This document shows positions 53,101 to 62,914 of a DNA stretch of 64,000 nucleotides, one piece after another (the first letter of the stretch is position 1; each line of letters opens with the position of its first letter). Below the pieces are notes generated by a model, which saw nothing but the letters and a program-made list of their open reading frames with translations, had not been told where the DNA came from and did not search any database. The position numbers were made by a program, and so were the translations under genes. Source of the stretch: an uncultured Planctomycetota bacterium (GTDB lineage: Bacteria; Planctomycetota; PLA2; JAEUHO01); the NCBI GenBank assembly GCA_963752285.1, contig CAVVXN010000001.1:1-64000 (forward strand), written 5' to 3'.

Positions 53101-53229
53101 GAGCTGGTGGAGAGCATTGGCGGCCGTATCCACTATGACGACATCGACATGTCCGTGCACACTGGGACGATCTACGTCCACGGAGAACAAGACTTCGACA
53201 TCGTCCTTCCTGAGTTTCAGGCGCCTCCG

Positions 53230-53585
53230 ACACCGCGAGACATGATCTGCACGACGATCCTGGTCCGGGCTTCCCGGCCCGTTCACGCATCCCCCGGCCT
53301 GATCGCGGCGGCCGCCGCGTCGCCTCGGTGCCGAGTACTCGGCGGAATCGTCCAGAAGGAACTGGCACACACCTCGGGCGGATATCGCGGCCGCTACCCG
53401 ATATCTCGGCTCCGGGAGCCCCTTCCTTTCGCGCCCATCCGCTCTAAACCACTGCCATCACGGCACTTGCACGTCGTCCAAGAGTAGCCACACCCAACTG
53501 AGAAGCAGCACCCGGTACAAGTCGAACGAAACGTTTCGTTCGAACTGAGAAGAAGCAGAGTCTCGTCGCCCTCCGTCCGCCCCTA
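53230..53585. repeat. Flank shared with 62073-62428, includes boundary motif (53330-53374) and a 22-bp palindrome
   Basis: Direct sequence match. Confidence 0.85.
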
Positions 53586-54071
53586 CTTGGATCCTTCGCG
53601 GCGCGCCAGTAGGTGCACTTTGATGACTCTGCGGGTCGCCCCTCCCGAATCCGAAGCCGACCCCTCGATTGTGCTGGCCGCACCCACATTGACCCATCCG
53701 TCCTTGTACTCCGGTTCAGGATCGCCAGAAACTCTGAATCTCCACCCGCCGAGCCGAATGGTCTTAGTGCGCGCGCGCCAATACCACTCAAGCACATAAG
53801 GACCGAGGGAAAGGAACTCGTAACCTGTCCCATCCCATCGGTCAGTCTGCCCCGGGTCCGTCAACCTCCTAATGGCGTAAAGAAGACCCTCGACGGGAAG
53901 AAACTCGACGGGAGAGGATGAGGCTGGAATCAAGGGACTGGGACTCACGGGAGGAGCGTGCTGGGGAACATCGGCGCAGGTCAGCCCATGGCCGCGGCCA
54001 ATCCAATACCCAACGCCCCCGGCCAACAGTACGGCCGTGGCAGAGATGATCCCGATCGCTCTGTGCGTCAA
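53583..54071 (-). CDS. Putative immunity protein (paralogue 2 of 3)
   Basis: Homologous to 14325 and 62426. Confidence 0.75.
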   Translation of the reverse strand: MTHRAIGIISATAVLLAGGVGYWIGRGHGLTCADVPQHAPPVSPSPLIPASSSPVEFLPVEGLLYAIRRLTDPGQTDRWDGTGYEFLSLGPYVLEWYWRARTKTIRLGGWRFRVSGDPEPEYKDGWVNVGAASTIEGSASDSGGATRRVIKVHLLARREGSK

Positions 54072-55170
54072 TCGTCCCTCCTTCGCCTCGCGCGCGCCTC
54101 GTCGTCGCTTCCAGAAGTTCCCTCACGCTCATGGCGCGCCTTCTCGTCCTTCCTACTCTCGTCTTCTCTCAATCCCGCTCTGTTGGCGTCGCCCTCAGAT
54201 CCCAGTTGATTGACGTCCTCTTCGCTCGTGCCATCCTGTACGTATTCCTCTCCCACGTCCGCCCCCATTGACTCAGCCAATTCCTCCTCGTCGACCACGT
54301 GCCCGTATTCATGATCAAGCAACTTGTCATTGCCCTCCGGATACAGGATGACCAGCCGGCGGAGGCGGGATCGCCACTGCATCTTGTGATAGCCAGGGCG
54401 ATTGCAGGGTTCGACCGACCACTCGTGCCACCAGTCTGACAACGTTCGTGCGTCAACAAGCGTGCCCTCCTCTCCATCGGGATGTTCTGTCCCGATTGGA
54501 TCGGCCGCGCTCTCCGGAATCGGCTCCTCGTCCGGGTGCTCCTCGTTGTACTCTTGGATAGCCTCCCGAGCGTTCTCACGAGACTGCTTGGGATCATTGC
54601 TTCGCTCGTAAGGAACCCTAGTCACAGGCGCCAAGCCCGAGGGGTCTACCCTAATCGTTGGCGTTGATGCCACGTATTCGAAGAGGTTGATTCCTTCCGC
54701 GCAGCCTGCGGGATCCCTCTGCAAGAGCCTACCAGTAGCCGGATCATAACTTCTGTCGCGGTAGTAGTAGAGCCCGTCCTCCGGATCGTACTCCCGCCCC
54801 GTGAAGAGGTACGGGTTCCCGTCCGGGCTCTGGGCGACGGCGGTCCCCTGCTGGCCGAGGATCGTCGGCTTCCCGTACACGTCGTACGTCACCCATTCGA
54901 CGACGCTCCCCCCGGGCTCGGAGATCTCGGTCACCGACCCCAGCGCCTGCTGGTGGTACGTGAAGCGAAGCACCTCGCTCGTGTTCTGGTTTCCGTTCAC
55001 GTCCGCCTGATCCGCCCGGTCCATGACGCGTGGGCGGTCGATCCCGTCCTCGTAGACGTAGCGCGCCTGCCAGACGTCCTGCCCGTCGTACTCTTCGACG
55101 ACCTGCTGTGCGTCGAGCACGTAGCGCGTCGTCGCGCCGCCCGACACGGCCTTCTCGACCCGCCGGCCCG
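54068..55170 (-). pseudogene. Rhs family A stub with HEYGH CT (paralogue 2)
   Basis: Begins at GRRVEKAVSGG. DPSGL and LLDHEYGH motifs. Confidence 0.85.
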
Positions 55171-55570
55171 GCGCATCCGTCGTGCTGCGGGTCGAGACTG
55201 TCCTGCGGGCGCGAGGCGCCGCCGTGCGTCCCGACCGCGGACCTGCCCCGAATTCGGCCATCGAGAGGATGCTATCGCCCCTCGGGTCGGTGCGCCAAGG
55301 TGACGCCGTGGAGGGCATGTGGATGCGACTTCGTTGCGGGCCCGCTTGGGGCGGCTGTCGTCGAGCGGGCGGCGGTCGGGTGGAAGCGGTCCGAGTCTGG
55401 CCAGCCTGGCTGCCTCCGTTGACTGCGCGATGGAGCCGCCCCGTCCCAAGTCCGCGCGCGACGCGGCATCCGAAGGTCGCCTGGGTCCTCGGCCTTCCAT
55501 CTTGCGGTCGGGTGCGTCGCGACTTGTGACGCCAGATGCTGGCGCCCTTGGAGCACAGTTGAGACGGTTT
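54790..55570. repeat. Near-identical block to about 59540-60320 (Rhs stub, ~370-bp spacer, left att arm)
   Basis: Direct sequence match, including the same Rhs truncation point. Confidence 0.85.
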
Positions 55571-55692
55571 CTTGACCTTTCGTTGCCGCTCGTTGCGCTT
55601 TGTCAGGAACGGACGGCCTCGGCGCCGCGCTCGTATCGGGCGCCGCAACGTGGCAACGACGCGCAGGTTGCGGCGAGGAGGCGCAACGAGGG

Positions 55693-55741
55693 TGGAGCGC
55701 CCGATCGGGTTCGAACCGACGACATTCAGCTTGGGAAGCTG
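55693..55741 (-). repeat. 3' 49 nt of tRNA-Gly(CCC), att core copy 4
   Basis: Identical to 509-557. Confidence 0.9.
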
Positions 55742-56018
55742 ACGCACGCGAGTCGTAAGTCTAGCCCCAACCAGGGGTTACGGATCTTGAGAATGGCCAC
55801 TGTGACGTACTTTGTCGATTCCTCCAGGATCGACCTGCTACGGTGTCCTGCGGGCCATTCTGTGCGTTGGGGAAGTTGAGAGTGGCGCCCGGGGCGGGGC
55901 GTGACGCGTCCCCCCCCCTCCGACCGACCACGGGACCCGGGTGCGTGCTGCACGGCTCGCTTGCCTGACCCGCTCCGCGGGGATCGGCGCATCCTCGGAC
56001 GGTATACTCGCCAGCGCC

Positions 56019-56264
56019 GTGCCCATCCTCTCCTACACCGTCCTCTACGAGCCGCAGCCGGACGGCGGGTTCACCGTGCTCGTGCCGGCGTTGCCCGGTT
56101 GCGTCACCGAGGGCGACACGATCGAGGAGGCCCGGCGCATGGCCGCCGATGCCATCCGCGCCTACTGCGAGAGCCTCCTCCAGGATGGCGAGCCCCTGCC
56201 CCCCGACGTCCCGGAGCCCCCGCGTCACGAGCGGATCGAGGTCTCTCTCGCCGGCAGCCGCTGA
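56019..56264 (+). CDS. hicB: HicB-family antitoxin
   Basis: YTVLYEPQPDGGFTVLVPALPGCVTEGDTIEEARRMAADAI. Confidence 0.92.
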   Translation: MPILSYTVLYEPQPDGGFTVLVPALPGCVTEGDTIEEARRMAADAIRAYCESLLQDGEPLPPDVPEPPRHERIEVSLAGSR

Positions 56265-56267
56265 TCC

Positions 56268-56495
56268 ATGGCGGCCCTGCCCGTCCTCCGGCCGCGCGCG
56301 GTCGTAGCCGCCCTGGAGCGAGCCGGGTACGTCGTCCATCACCAGACGGGTAGCCATGTCGTTCTCAAGCACCCGCGACCCCCTGCGCGGCGCGTGGTGG
56401 TGCCGATGCATGGACGCGATCTCAAGAGAGGCACGCTCCGGAGTATCCTCCGCGAGGCCCAGCTGACGGTCGAGGCGTTCATCGATCTGCTCTGA
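56268..56495 (+). CDS. hicA: HicA-family toxin
   Basis: ALERAGY...QTGSHVVLKH...VVVPMHGRDLKRGTLRSIL. Confidence 0.93.
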   Translation: MAALPVLRPRAVVAALERAGYVVHHQTGSHVVLKHPRPPARRVVVPMHGRDLKRGTLRSILREAQLTVEAFIDLL

Positions 56496-56659
56496 TTCGT
56501 GAGCGTCCGGGAGAGCGCCCGCTTGGCGACCCAGTCGTGCTCAAACAAGTTGGCTGCGCTCCGGGAGGACGTCGTCGATCCCACACCACCCACGTTCGCG
56601 CGCTGCTCGAGAAGAAGCGTCGCGGCGAGCGCGACGTGGTCGTGAACCGCTTCCTGGCC

Positions 56660-56982
56660 CTCCCGCACTCCGCCTTTCGCGGAGAGACTCCCGACGACGT
56701 CTACTTCGGGACCGGCGACCACGTCCCGGAGCTCCTCGCCACCCGGCGCCGCGAAGCCCGTGCCGCCGGCCTCGCCGCGAACCGCGCCGCGCGATGCGGG
56801 GTGTGCAGCGCCTGACGACACCGAGGAGGAGGAACCCGACACGGCGGGTCCTATGCCCGGTCGGCCCGACTGGGGGGCGCCGCCGCCACACTTACACACG
56901 CCACGGCCGTCATCGCGGCGGGAGATCCGCGGCCCGGATGTTCGAGTCCTCGGCAGAAATCTCCAGAAGGGATTGACACGCA
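56660..56982 (+). repeat. Transposase tail (to 56815) and boundary motif (56940-56982)
   Basis: PHSAFRGETPDDVYFGTGDHVPELLATRRREARAA. Confidence 0.75.
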
Positions 56983-57047
56983 ACACGGCTACATACCGTC
57001 CTCCCTTCCCAAGTTGACGTGGCGCACCTGACACACAGCAGGGCTTT

Positions 57048-57818
57048 CTATTCATTGCAATGCACGACGAACTCCGCTTCCGCCACTGGCAGACGTCCAG
57101 TTGGCGTCGTAATCCGTCGATAGTGAATGCTCCTGCCGTCGCCCAGCTCTTGCAGCACGGTCCCGCAACTGCGGGCATCGACTCGAACGTAGGCGCCAAA
57201 GACAAATGGCTTCCGTGCCGAGTCCTGCTCATCATCGAAGAGCGGATCGTCACTCTCAGTGAGTCGCGTGAATTCCAGCTCGACGGCGCCGTCTTGACCC
57301 GTTTTTCCGATCGCGCACGTCCATGCCCTCTCGCCCTGAGCAAGCCTGAATTCGATCGCCCTGCGGATACTCTCGACGTCCTCTTCGGTTCGCATCACAT
57401 CCTTCGTCGGGGCCACCATTACACGCGCGCCAGCAACGGGTCTATTCCGCGCGTCGCGCAAGAGTATTCTGACTCGCACGAGGGCCGTCACTGTAACGCA
57501 ACGCGACATCCGCCTCAGACCCCCGTCCGGCTGCGGGCGACTCCGAAGCGCCTCGCCCGCAAGGAGCAGTACAGTGACCAACCCCATTACTCCTAAGACG
57601 ACAAGTAGCCGCCTTCTCCCGCCGCCAATCGCTCTGCTAGCCACCGTGCGACTCTCTCTCCGCCGCACATGCAGCGCAGTCGAGCCTTGCACGGAACACT
57701 CGGTGGATCTCGTTGCTTCGTGCTGCGCTCCGCGAGATCCGGGGGACATTCGGCAACATGGCTGCCGGTTTGCTGGCGGTGGCCATGACGGGTTGTAGCT
57801 GGCTGGGACAACGCCCAA
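57048..57818 (-). CDS. Putative immunity protein homologous to 47887-48552
   Basis: TM segment LLVVLGVMGLVTVLLLAG. VRVRILLRDARNRPVAGARV. Start uncertain. Confidence 0.62.
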   Translation of the reverse strand: MGVVPASYNPSWPPPANRQPCCRMSPGSRGAQHEATRSTECSVQGSTALHVRRRESRTVASRAIGGGRRRLLVVLGVMGLVTVLLLAGEALRSRPQPDGGLRRMSRCVTVTALVRVRILLRDARNRPVAGARVMVAPTKDVMRTEEDVESIRRAIEFRLAQGERAWTCAIGKTGQDGAVELEFTRLTESDDPLFDDEQDSARKPFVFGAYVRVDARSCGTVLQELGDGRSIHYRRITTPTGRLPVAEAEFVVHCNE

Positions 57819-58570
57819 TCCGAGAGAACTCGTCCGTAGCGCGCTCCCAGGTGCGCTTCCTCATGCCCGGCGGCGTTCGATGCCGACCCAAAGCAGTTGC
57901 AGTCTCCGTCGAAGTCCGGATTGCCATATTCGGCACGACCCCTTCAAAGCGAATGCTCATCAGGCTCATCGCTCGGCTCCTGACGTCACCACCTGTTGTT
58001 GTGCATCCGCCCAGAGTGGGGCGCTCGCCCAAACGCCCCTGCGGAGTAAGGACGGCTATGAGGTCTTCCGCACGCCTCCCACCCGATCGTGAGCCGTCAG
58101 TCAGATCCTCGGGCATAGTAGACCTGTACTGGGCAAAGCTCTGCTGTCCATCGACAGCATGGTACACAATTTGACTTAGCCGCGCTACGGCAATGCTAGA
58201 TCCTCCGCAAACCGTTGGTGATATTGCCGACCGGAAGTTCCTCCTCTCGAAGTCGGCCCCCTTGCCTGCGTAGATGGCCATTCCTCGAGTCGGCCCCGAT
58301 GCGGACCCAGTACGCAGGTCCTTGCGCGCCGGCCTCCAGTGCAGCGTGAAAAGCGCTGTGTCTAGGCGCAGCATCTCATCAACTTCTTCGGCTTGTGACC
58401 CTGTCACCGCGGGTAGGGGGGTTCGAAATGACGGCACTACAGGACGGCGGCCCGGCGAACCGAGGCCCGCCGGCACCGGGCACATCGCCGACGCTGTGGA
58501 GAGTAGCAGGCCCCTCCCGCACGAGCGGGAGTCCGGCTTTCGTTGCGACGCAGGAAAAAGCACAGACACA

Positions 58571-59919
58571 TCACCTTCCCCTTTGGGCCCGGTGCACTAT
58601 TTGCTCTATGCCAAGTCCGCTGGACTGGTCAGCGTCGTGCCAGCCACTCTGCCCGCCCCTGGGGGCGTCTCGCTCTGAATCCGCCGGATGCCCGCTCCGC
58701 CCGTCCTCGTGCTCCTCCGCATAGTGCCTGCCCTCATGTAACAGCGTCTCTAGGAGATCGCTCTCCCCCCAGTGCTCCCAGGTGGTCACGGCGTTATCTA
58801 CCGACGAGTACGGTATCCACATCACACCGTCAGAGTACGCTCCCATTGCGTGCTTACCTTCCACCAGAAAGACGGGGTCCGAGTCGGGCGCAAGCGTCAT
58901 TAGACCATTCTCCATAGCATCGTGAACCCATTTCGGGCCGAAGTCGAGGAGGTCCTGCCTCACCATGTCGAGAATGTCTTGTCGTGTCGGCTTGACGCCA
59001 CTTCCATTTAGATCATTTCTGGCGGCATTGAATGTCGCCAGAGCGGCATCGTACGCCGCCGCGGCTTCATCGTAGGCCGTCTGCGCCGCACTGGCGGCTC
59101 GATTGGCCGCATCACGGTCCTCTTTGGCCTTCTGCAGGGCGTCCCACAGATCGTCCAGCTCAGAGTCTCTACCACGAACAAGCGGACCCACATCGCTGCA
59201 TCTGCGCTTCTTGCATGCTGCCTTCCATGCCGAAAGGGCAATGTCATAAGCCTTCTGCGCCGCAGCCGCTTCCTCCTTCGCCTTCTCCAGCGCATCTGAT
59301 GCTCTCGTGTACGCCTTGTAGGCCGCATTGAGCTTTGCGCGCGCAGCAAGTAGCGCCTGCACTTTGGGGTCCCTTGTTTCGAGGCCGAGGGGGTCGACAG
59401 CTGTACAGGGGGCGCTCGTCGTGTACTCGTATGCAGATGGGCCGTCCACATACCCGGCTGGATCGCGCTGCTGAAAGCGCCCGGTGGAAGGATCGTAGAC
59501 TCTCGTCCGGAAGTGGAACTTCCCATCTTCGGCGTCGTACTCCCGCCCCGTGAAGAGGTACGGGTTCCCGTCCGGGCTCTGGGCGACGGCGGTCCCCTGC
59601 TGGCCGAGGATCGTGGGCTTCCCGTACACGTCGTACGTCACCCACTCGACGACGCTCCCACCGGGCTCGGAGACCTCCGTCACCGATCCCAGCGCCTGCT
59701 GGTGGTACGTGAAGCGGAGCACCTCGGTCGTGTTCTGGTTCCCGTTCACGTCCGCCTGGTCGGCCCGGTCCATGACGCGCGGGCGGTCGATCCCGTCCTC
59801 GTAGACGTAGCGCGCCTGCCAGACGTCCTGCCCGTCGTACTCTTCGACGACCTGCTGTGCGTCGAGCACGTAGCGCGTCGTCGCGCCGCCCGACACGGCC
59901 TTCTCGACCCGCCGGCCCG
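58571..59919 (-). pseudogene. Rhs family A stub with coiled-coil/HEGRH metallopeptidase-like CT
   Basis: DPLGL and LETLLHEGRHY. Homologous layout to the CT at 48566. Confidence 0.85.
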
Positions 59920-60441
59920 GCGCATCCGTCGTGCTGCGGGTCGAGACTGTCCTGCGGGCGCGAGGCGCCGCCGTGCGTCCCGACCGCGGACCTGCCCCGA
60001 ATTCGGCCATCGAGAGGATGCTATCGCCCCTCGGGTCGGTGCGCCAAGGTGACGCCGTGGAGGGCATGTGGATGCGACTTCGTTGCGGGCCCGCTTGGGG
60101 CGGCTGTCGTCGAGCGGGCGGCGGTCGGGTGGAAGCGGTCCGAGTCTGGCCAGCCTGGCTGCCTCCGTTGACTGCGCGATGGAGCCGCCCCGTCCCAAGT
60201 CCGCGCGCGACGCGGCATCCGAAGGTCGCCTGGGTCCTCGGCCTTCCATCTTGCGGTCGGGTGCATCGCGACTTGTGACGCCAAATGCTGACGCCCTTGG
60301 AGCACAGTTGAGACGGTCTCCTGACGCTTCCTTGCGCTTCGCTGCACGATGTAAGCGAGCGGACGCGGAGTCGCGCGATCGTAGAGCAACGCCCTAAGCG
60401 TGCAAGGACGCGCAGGTTGCGGCGAGGAGGCGCAACGGGGG

Positions 60442-60490
60442 TGGAGCGCCCGATCGGGTTCGAACCGACGACATCCAGCTTGGGAAGCTG
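60442..60490 (-). repeat. 3' 49 nt of tRNA-Gly(CCC), att core copy 5
   Basis: One mismatch to 509-557. Confidence 0.9.
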
Positions 60491-60717
60491 CCGCGAGTCG
60501 GTCGTAAGTCGCGGCCCACCAGCATCTTACGGATCTTGAGAACTGCCACTGTGACGGATTCTGTCGAAACCCCCAGGATCCACCTGCTACGGTGCCATGC
60601 GGGCCGTTCCAGGCGTTCCGGAAGTTGAGAACGGGGGCGCAGGGCCCCCCGAGCCCGAGGTGCGCCGACCTCCCTCGGGCAGGGGTCACCACCTCCCGCA
60701 GAGTAGGATCGCCACTC

Positions 60718-60945
60718 ATGGACTACCGCGACCGGATCACCATCGACCCCACGCGTCGCGCCGGAAAGCCCTGCATCCGGGACCTGCGGATCACGGTCTA
60801 CGACGTCCTCGAGTACCTCGCCTCCGGCATGACCGAGGCGGAGATCCTCGCGGACTTCCCCGACCTCGAGGCCGAGGATGTCCGGGCGTGCCTCGCGTAC
60901 GCCGCGGATCGAGAGCGCAAGTTCTCCTCCATCCCGCCGCGGTGA
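60718..60945 (+). CDS. DUF433 putative antitoxin
   Basis: RITIDPTRRAGKPCIRDLRITVYDVLEYLASGMTEAEILADFPDL. Confidence 0.92.
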   Translation: MDYRDRITIDPTRRAGKPCIRDLRITVYDVLEYLASGMTEAEILADFPDLEAEDVRACLAYAADRERKFSSIPPR

Positions 60946-60949
60946 CGAC

Positions 60950-61282
60950 CTGCGCCTCCTGCTGGACCAGAACCTGTCGCCTCGCTTGGCACGGGCACTC
61001 GAAGACGTGTACCCGGGAGCCGTCCACGTGAGAGATGTCGGCTTGGCCCACGCGAGCGACACGGCAGTCTGGGACCACGCACTGGCCCGCGACCTGATCA
61101 TCGTGTCCAAGGACGCGGACTTCCACCAGCGGATCTTCCTCTCGGCTCCGCCGCCGAAGGTAATATGGATCCGCCTGGGCAACTGCACGACGAACGAGAT
61201 CGAGGCCCTCCTCCGGCAGCACGAACACGCCATTCGTGAGTTCGCCGACGATGCGACGGCCGCCTTCCTCGCCGTGGGGTAA
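60950..61282 (+). CDS. DUF5615 PIN-like toxin
   Basis: LLLDQNLS...DTAVWDHA...IIVSKDADF...KVIWIRLGN. Start codon atypical or uncertain. Confidence 0.85.
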   Translation: MRLLLDQNLSPRLARALEDVYPGAVHVRDVGLAHASDTAVWDHALARDLIIVSKDADFHQRIFLSAPPPKVIWIRLGNCTTNEIEALLRQHEHAIREFADDATAAFLAVG

Positions 61283-61334
61283 CAGCGAGCGGAGCGGCGC
61301 GGTCTGCGCGGGCCGAGCGCCTCGCCACCGCCTC

Positions 61335-62218
61335 CTACGTCTCCGAGCACAACTCGAAGATCCCACACTCGGCCTTCCAGCGGCAGACCCCGGACGCAGC
61401 GTACTTCGGCACGAGCGCCCACGTCCCCGAGCTCCTCGCCGCGCATCGCCGCGAGGCTCGTGCCCCCTGGCTCGCGGCCAATCGCGCGGCACGATGCAGG
61501 GTGTGCTCCGCCTGACGACACCGAGGAGGACCTCCGCCCACCTGAGCCCCATGCACGGTCGGCGCGAACGCGGGTGCCACCGTCTCGCTCACGCCCTCCG
61601 CCGCCGGATCGCGGCAGGGGGACCCGCGGCCCCGGTGTTCGAGTACTCGGCAGATTTCTCCAGAAGGGATTGGCACGCACCTCGGCTCCATGCCGTCCTC
61701 CCTTCCCAAGTTGACGTGGCGCACTTGACACGCAACTCCGGCCTGCGCCCGACACAGGTTGACGTCCGGCGCGGGCCAACGTGCCCCTACCTGGGTTCAC
61801 GAGACGGATACCGGAAGGAACTGGCACACACCGCCGCGGATTCCGTATGCTCCGCCGATGCACCGAGCGTGCTACGTCTCCGAGCCCAACGCCAAGATCC
61901 CGCACTCGGCCTTCCAGGGCCAGACTCCGGACGAGGTCTACTTCGGCACCGGCGACCACGTCCCCGAGCTCCTCGCCACCCGGCGCCGCGAAGCCCGTGC
62001 CGCCCGCCTCGCCGCCAACCGCGCTGCGCGATGCGGGGTGTGCACCGCCTGACGACACCGAGGAGGACCTCCGACACCGCGAGACATCATCTGCACGACG
62101 ATCCTGGTCCGGGCTTCCCGGCCCGTTCACGCATCCCCCGGCCTGATCGCGGCGGCCGCCGCGTCGCCTCGGTGCCGAGTACTCGGCGGAATCGTCCAGA
62201 AGGAACTGGCACACACCT
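61335..62218 (+). repeat. Two tandem transposase tails (to 61515 and 62052), each followed by the boundary motif (61637-61682, 62174-62218; partial copy 61811-61832)
   Basis: KIPHSAFQGQTPDEVYFGTGDHVPELL...CGVCTA*. Confidence 0.75.
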
Positions 62219-62425
62219 TGGGGGGATATCGCGGCCGCTACCCGATATCTCGGCTCCGGGAGCCCCTTCCTTTCGCGCCCATCCGCTCTAAACCACTGCC
62301 ATCACGGCACTTGCACGTCGTCCAAGAGTAGCCACACCCAACTGAGAAGCAGCACCGGTACAAGTCGAACGAAACGTTTCGTTCGAACTGAGAAGAAGCA
62401 GAGTCCCGTCGCTCTCCGTCCGCCC

Positions 62426-62914
62426 CTACTTGGGTCCTTCTCGACGCGCCAGCAGGTGCACTTTGATGACTCTGCCGGCCGCTCCTGCCGACTCCGAAGC
62501 CGACCCCTCGATCGTGCTGGTCGCACCGACATCGACCCACCCGTCCTTGTAGTCCGGTGCAGGATCGCGAGAAACCTTAAATCTCCACCCGCCGAGCCGG
62601 ATGGACTTCGTCCGCGCGCGCCAATACCAATCACCCACATGAGGCCCCAGGGAGAGGAACTCGTATCCCGTCCCATTCCATGCGCCACTATGCCCGGGAT
62701 CCGTCAGCTGCCGAATGGCGTGGAGAAGACCCTCGACTGGGAGAAACTCAACCGGAGAGGATGAGGCTGGAATCAAAGCATTGACTCTAGCAGGAGGGGC
62801 GCTCGGGGGAACTTCGACACAGGTCAGTCCGTGGCCCCGGCCAATCCAATACCCCACGCCCCCCGCCAATAGGACGGCCGTGGTAGCGAGGATCGCAAGC
62901 GCTCTCTGCATCAA
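62426..62914 (-). CDS. Putative immunity protein (paralogue 3 of 3)
   Basis: Very close to 14325-14813. Confidence 0.75.
   Translation of the reverse strand: MMQRALAILATTAVLLAGGVGYWIGRGHGLTCVEVPPSAPPARVNALIPASSSPVEFLPVEGLLHAIRQLTDPGHSGAWNGTGYEFLSLGPHVGDWYWRARTKSIRLGGWRFKVSRDPAPDYKDGWVDVGATSTIEGSASESAGAAGRVIKVHLLARREGPK

Noticed and set aside
54068..55747. 559-aa Rhs with a novel N-terminus (likewise 11802-14318, 17970-20861, 58571-60067, 47887-49152)
   Set aside because: The extensions read through att arms, spacers or neighbouring genes and are low-complexity R/P/G sequence, most likely chance open frames.
509..60490. Functional tRNA-Gly genes
   Set aside because: All copies stop at the anticodon stem and lack the D arm and 5' acceptor strand, so they are treated as att cores.
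986..62218. CRISPR array formed by the 45-49-bp repeats
   Set aside because: Repeats are kilobases apart, there are no spacer-sized intervals, and no cas genes are present.
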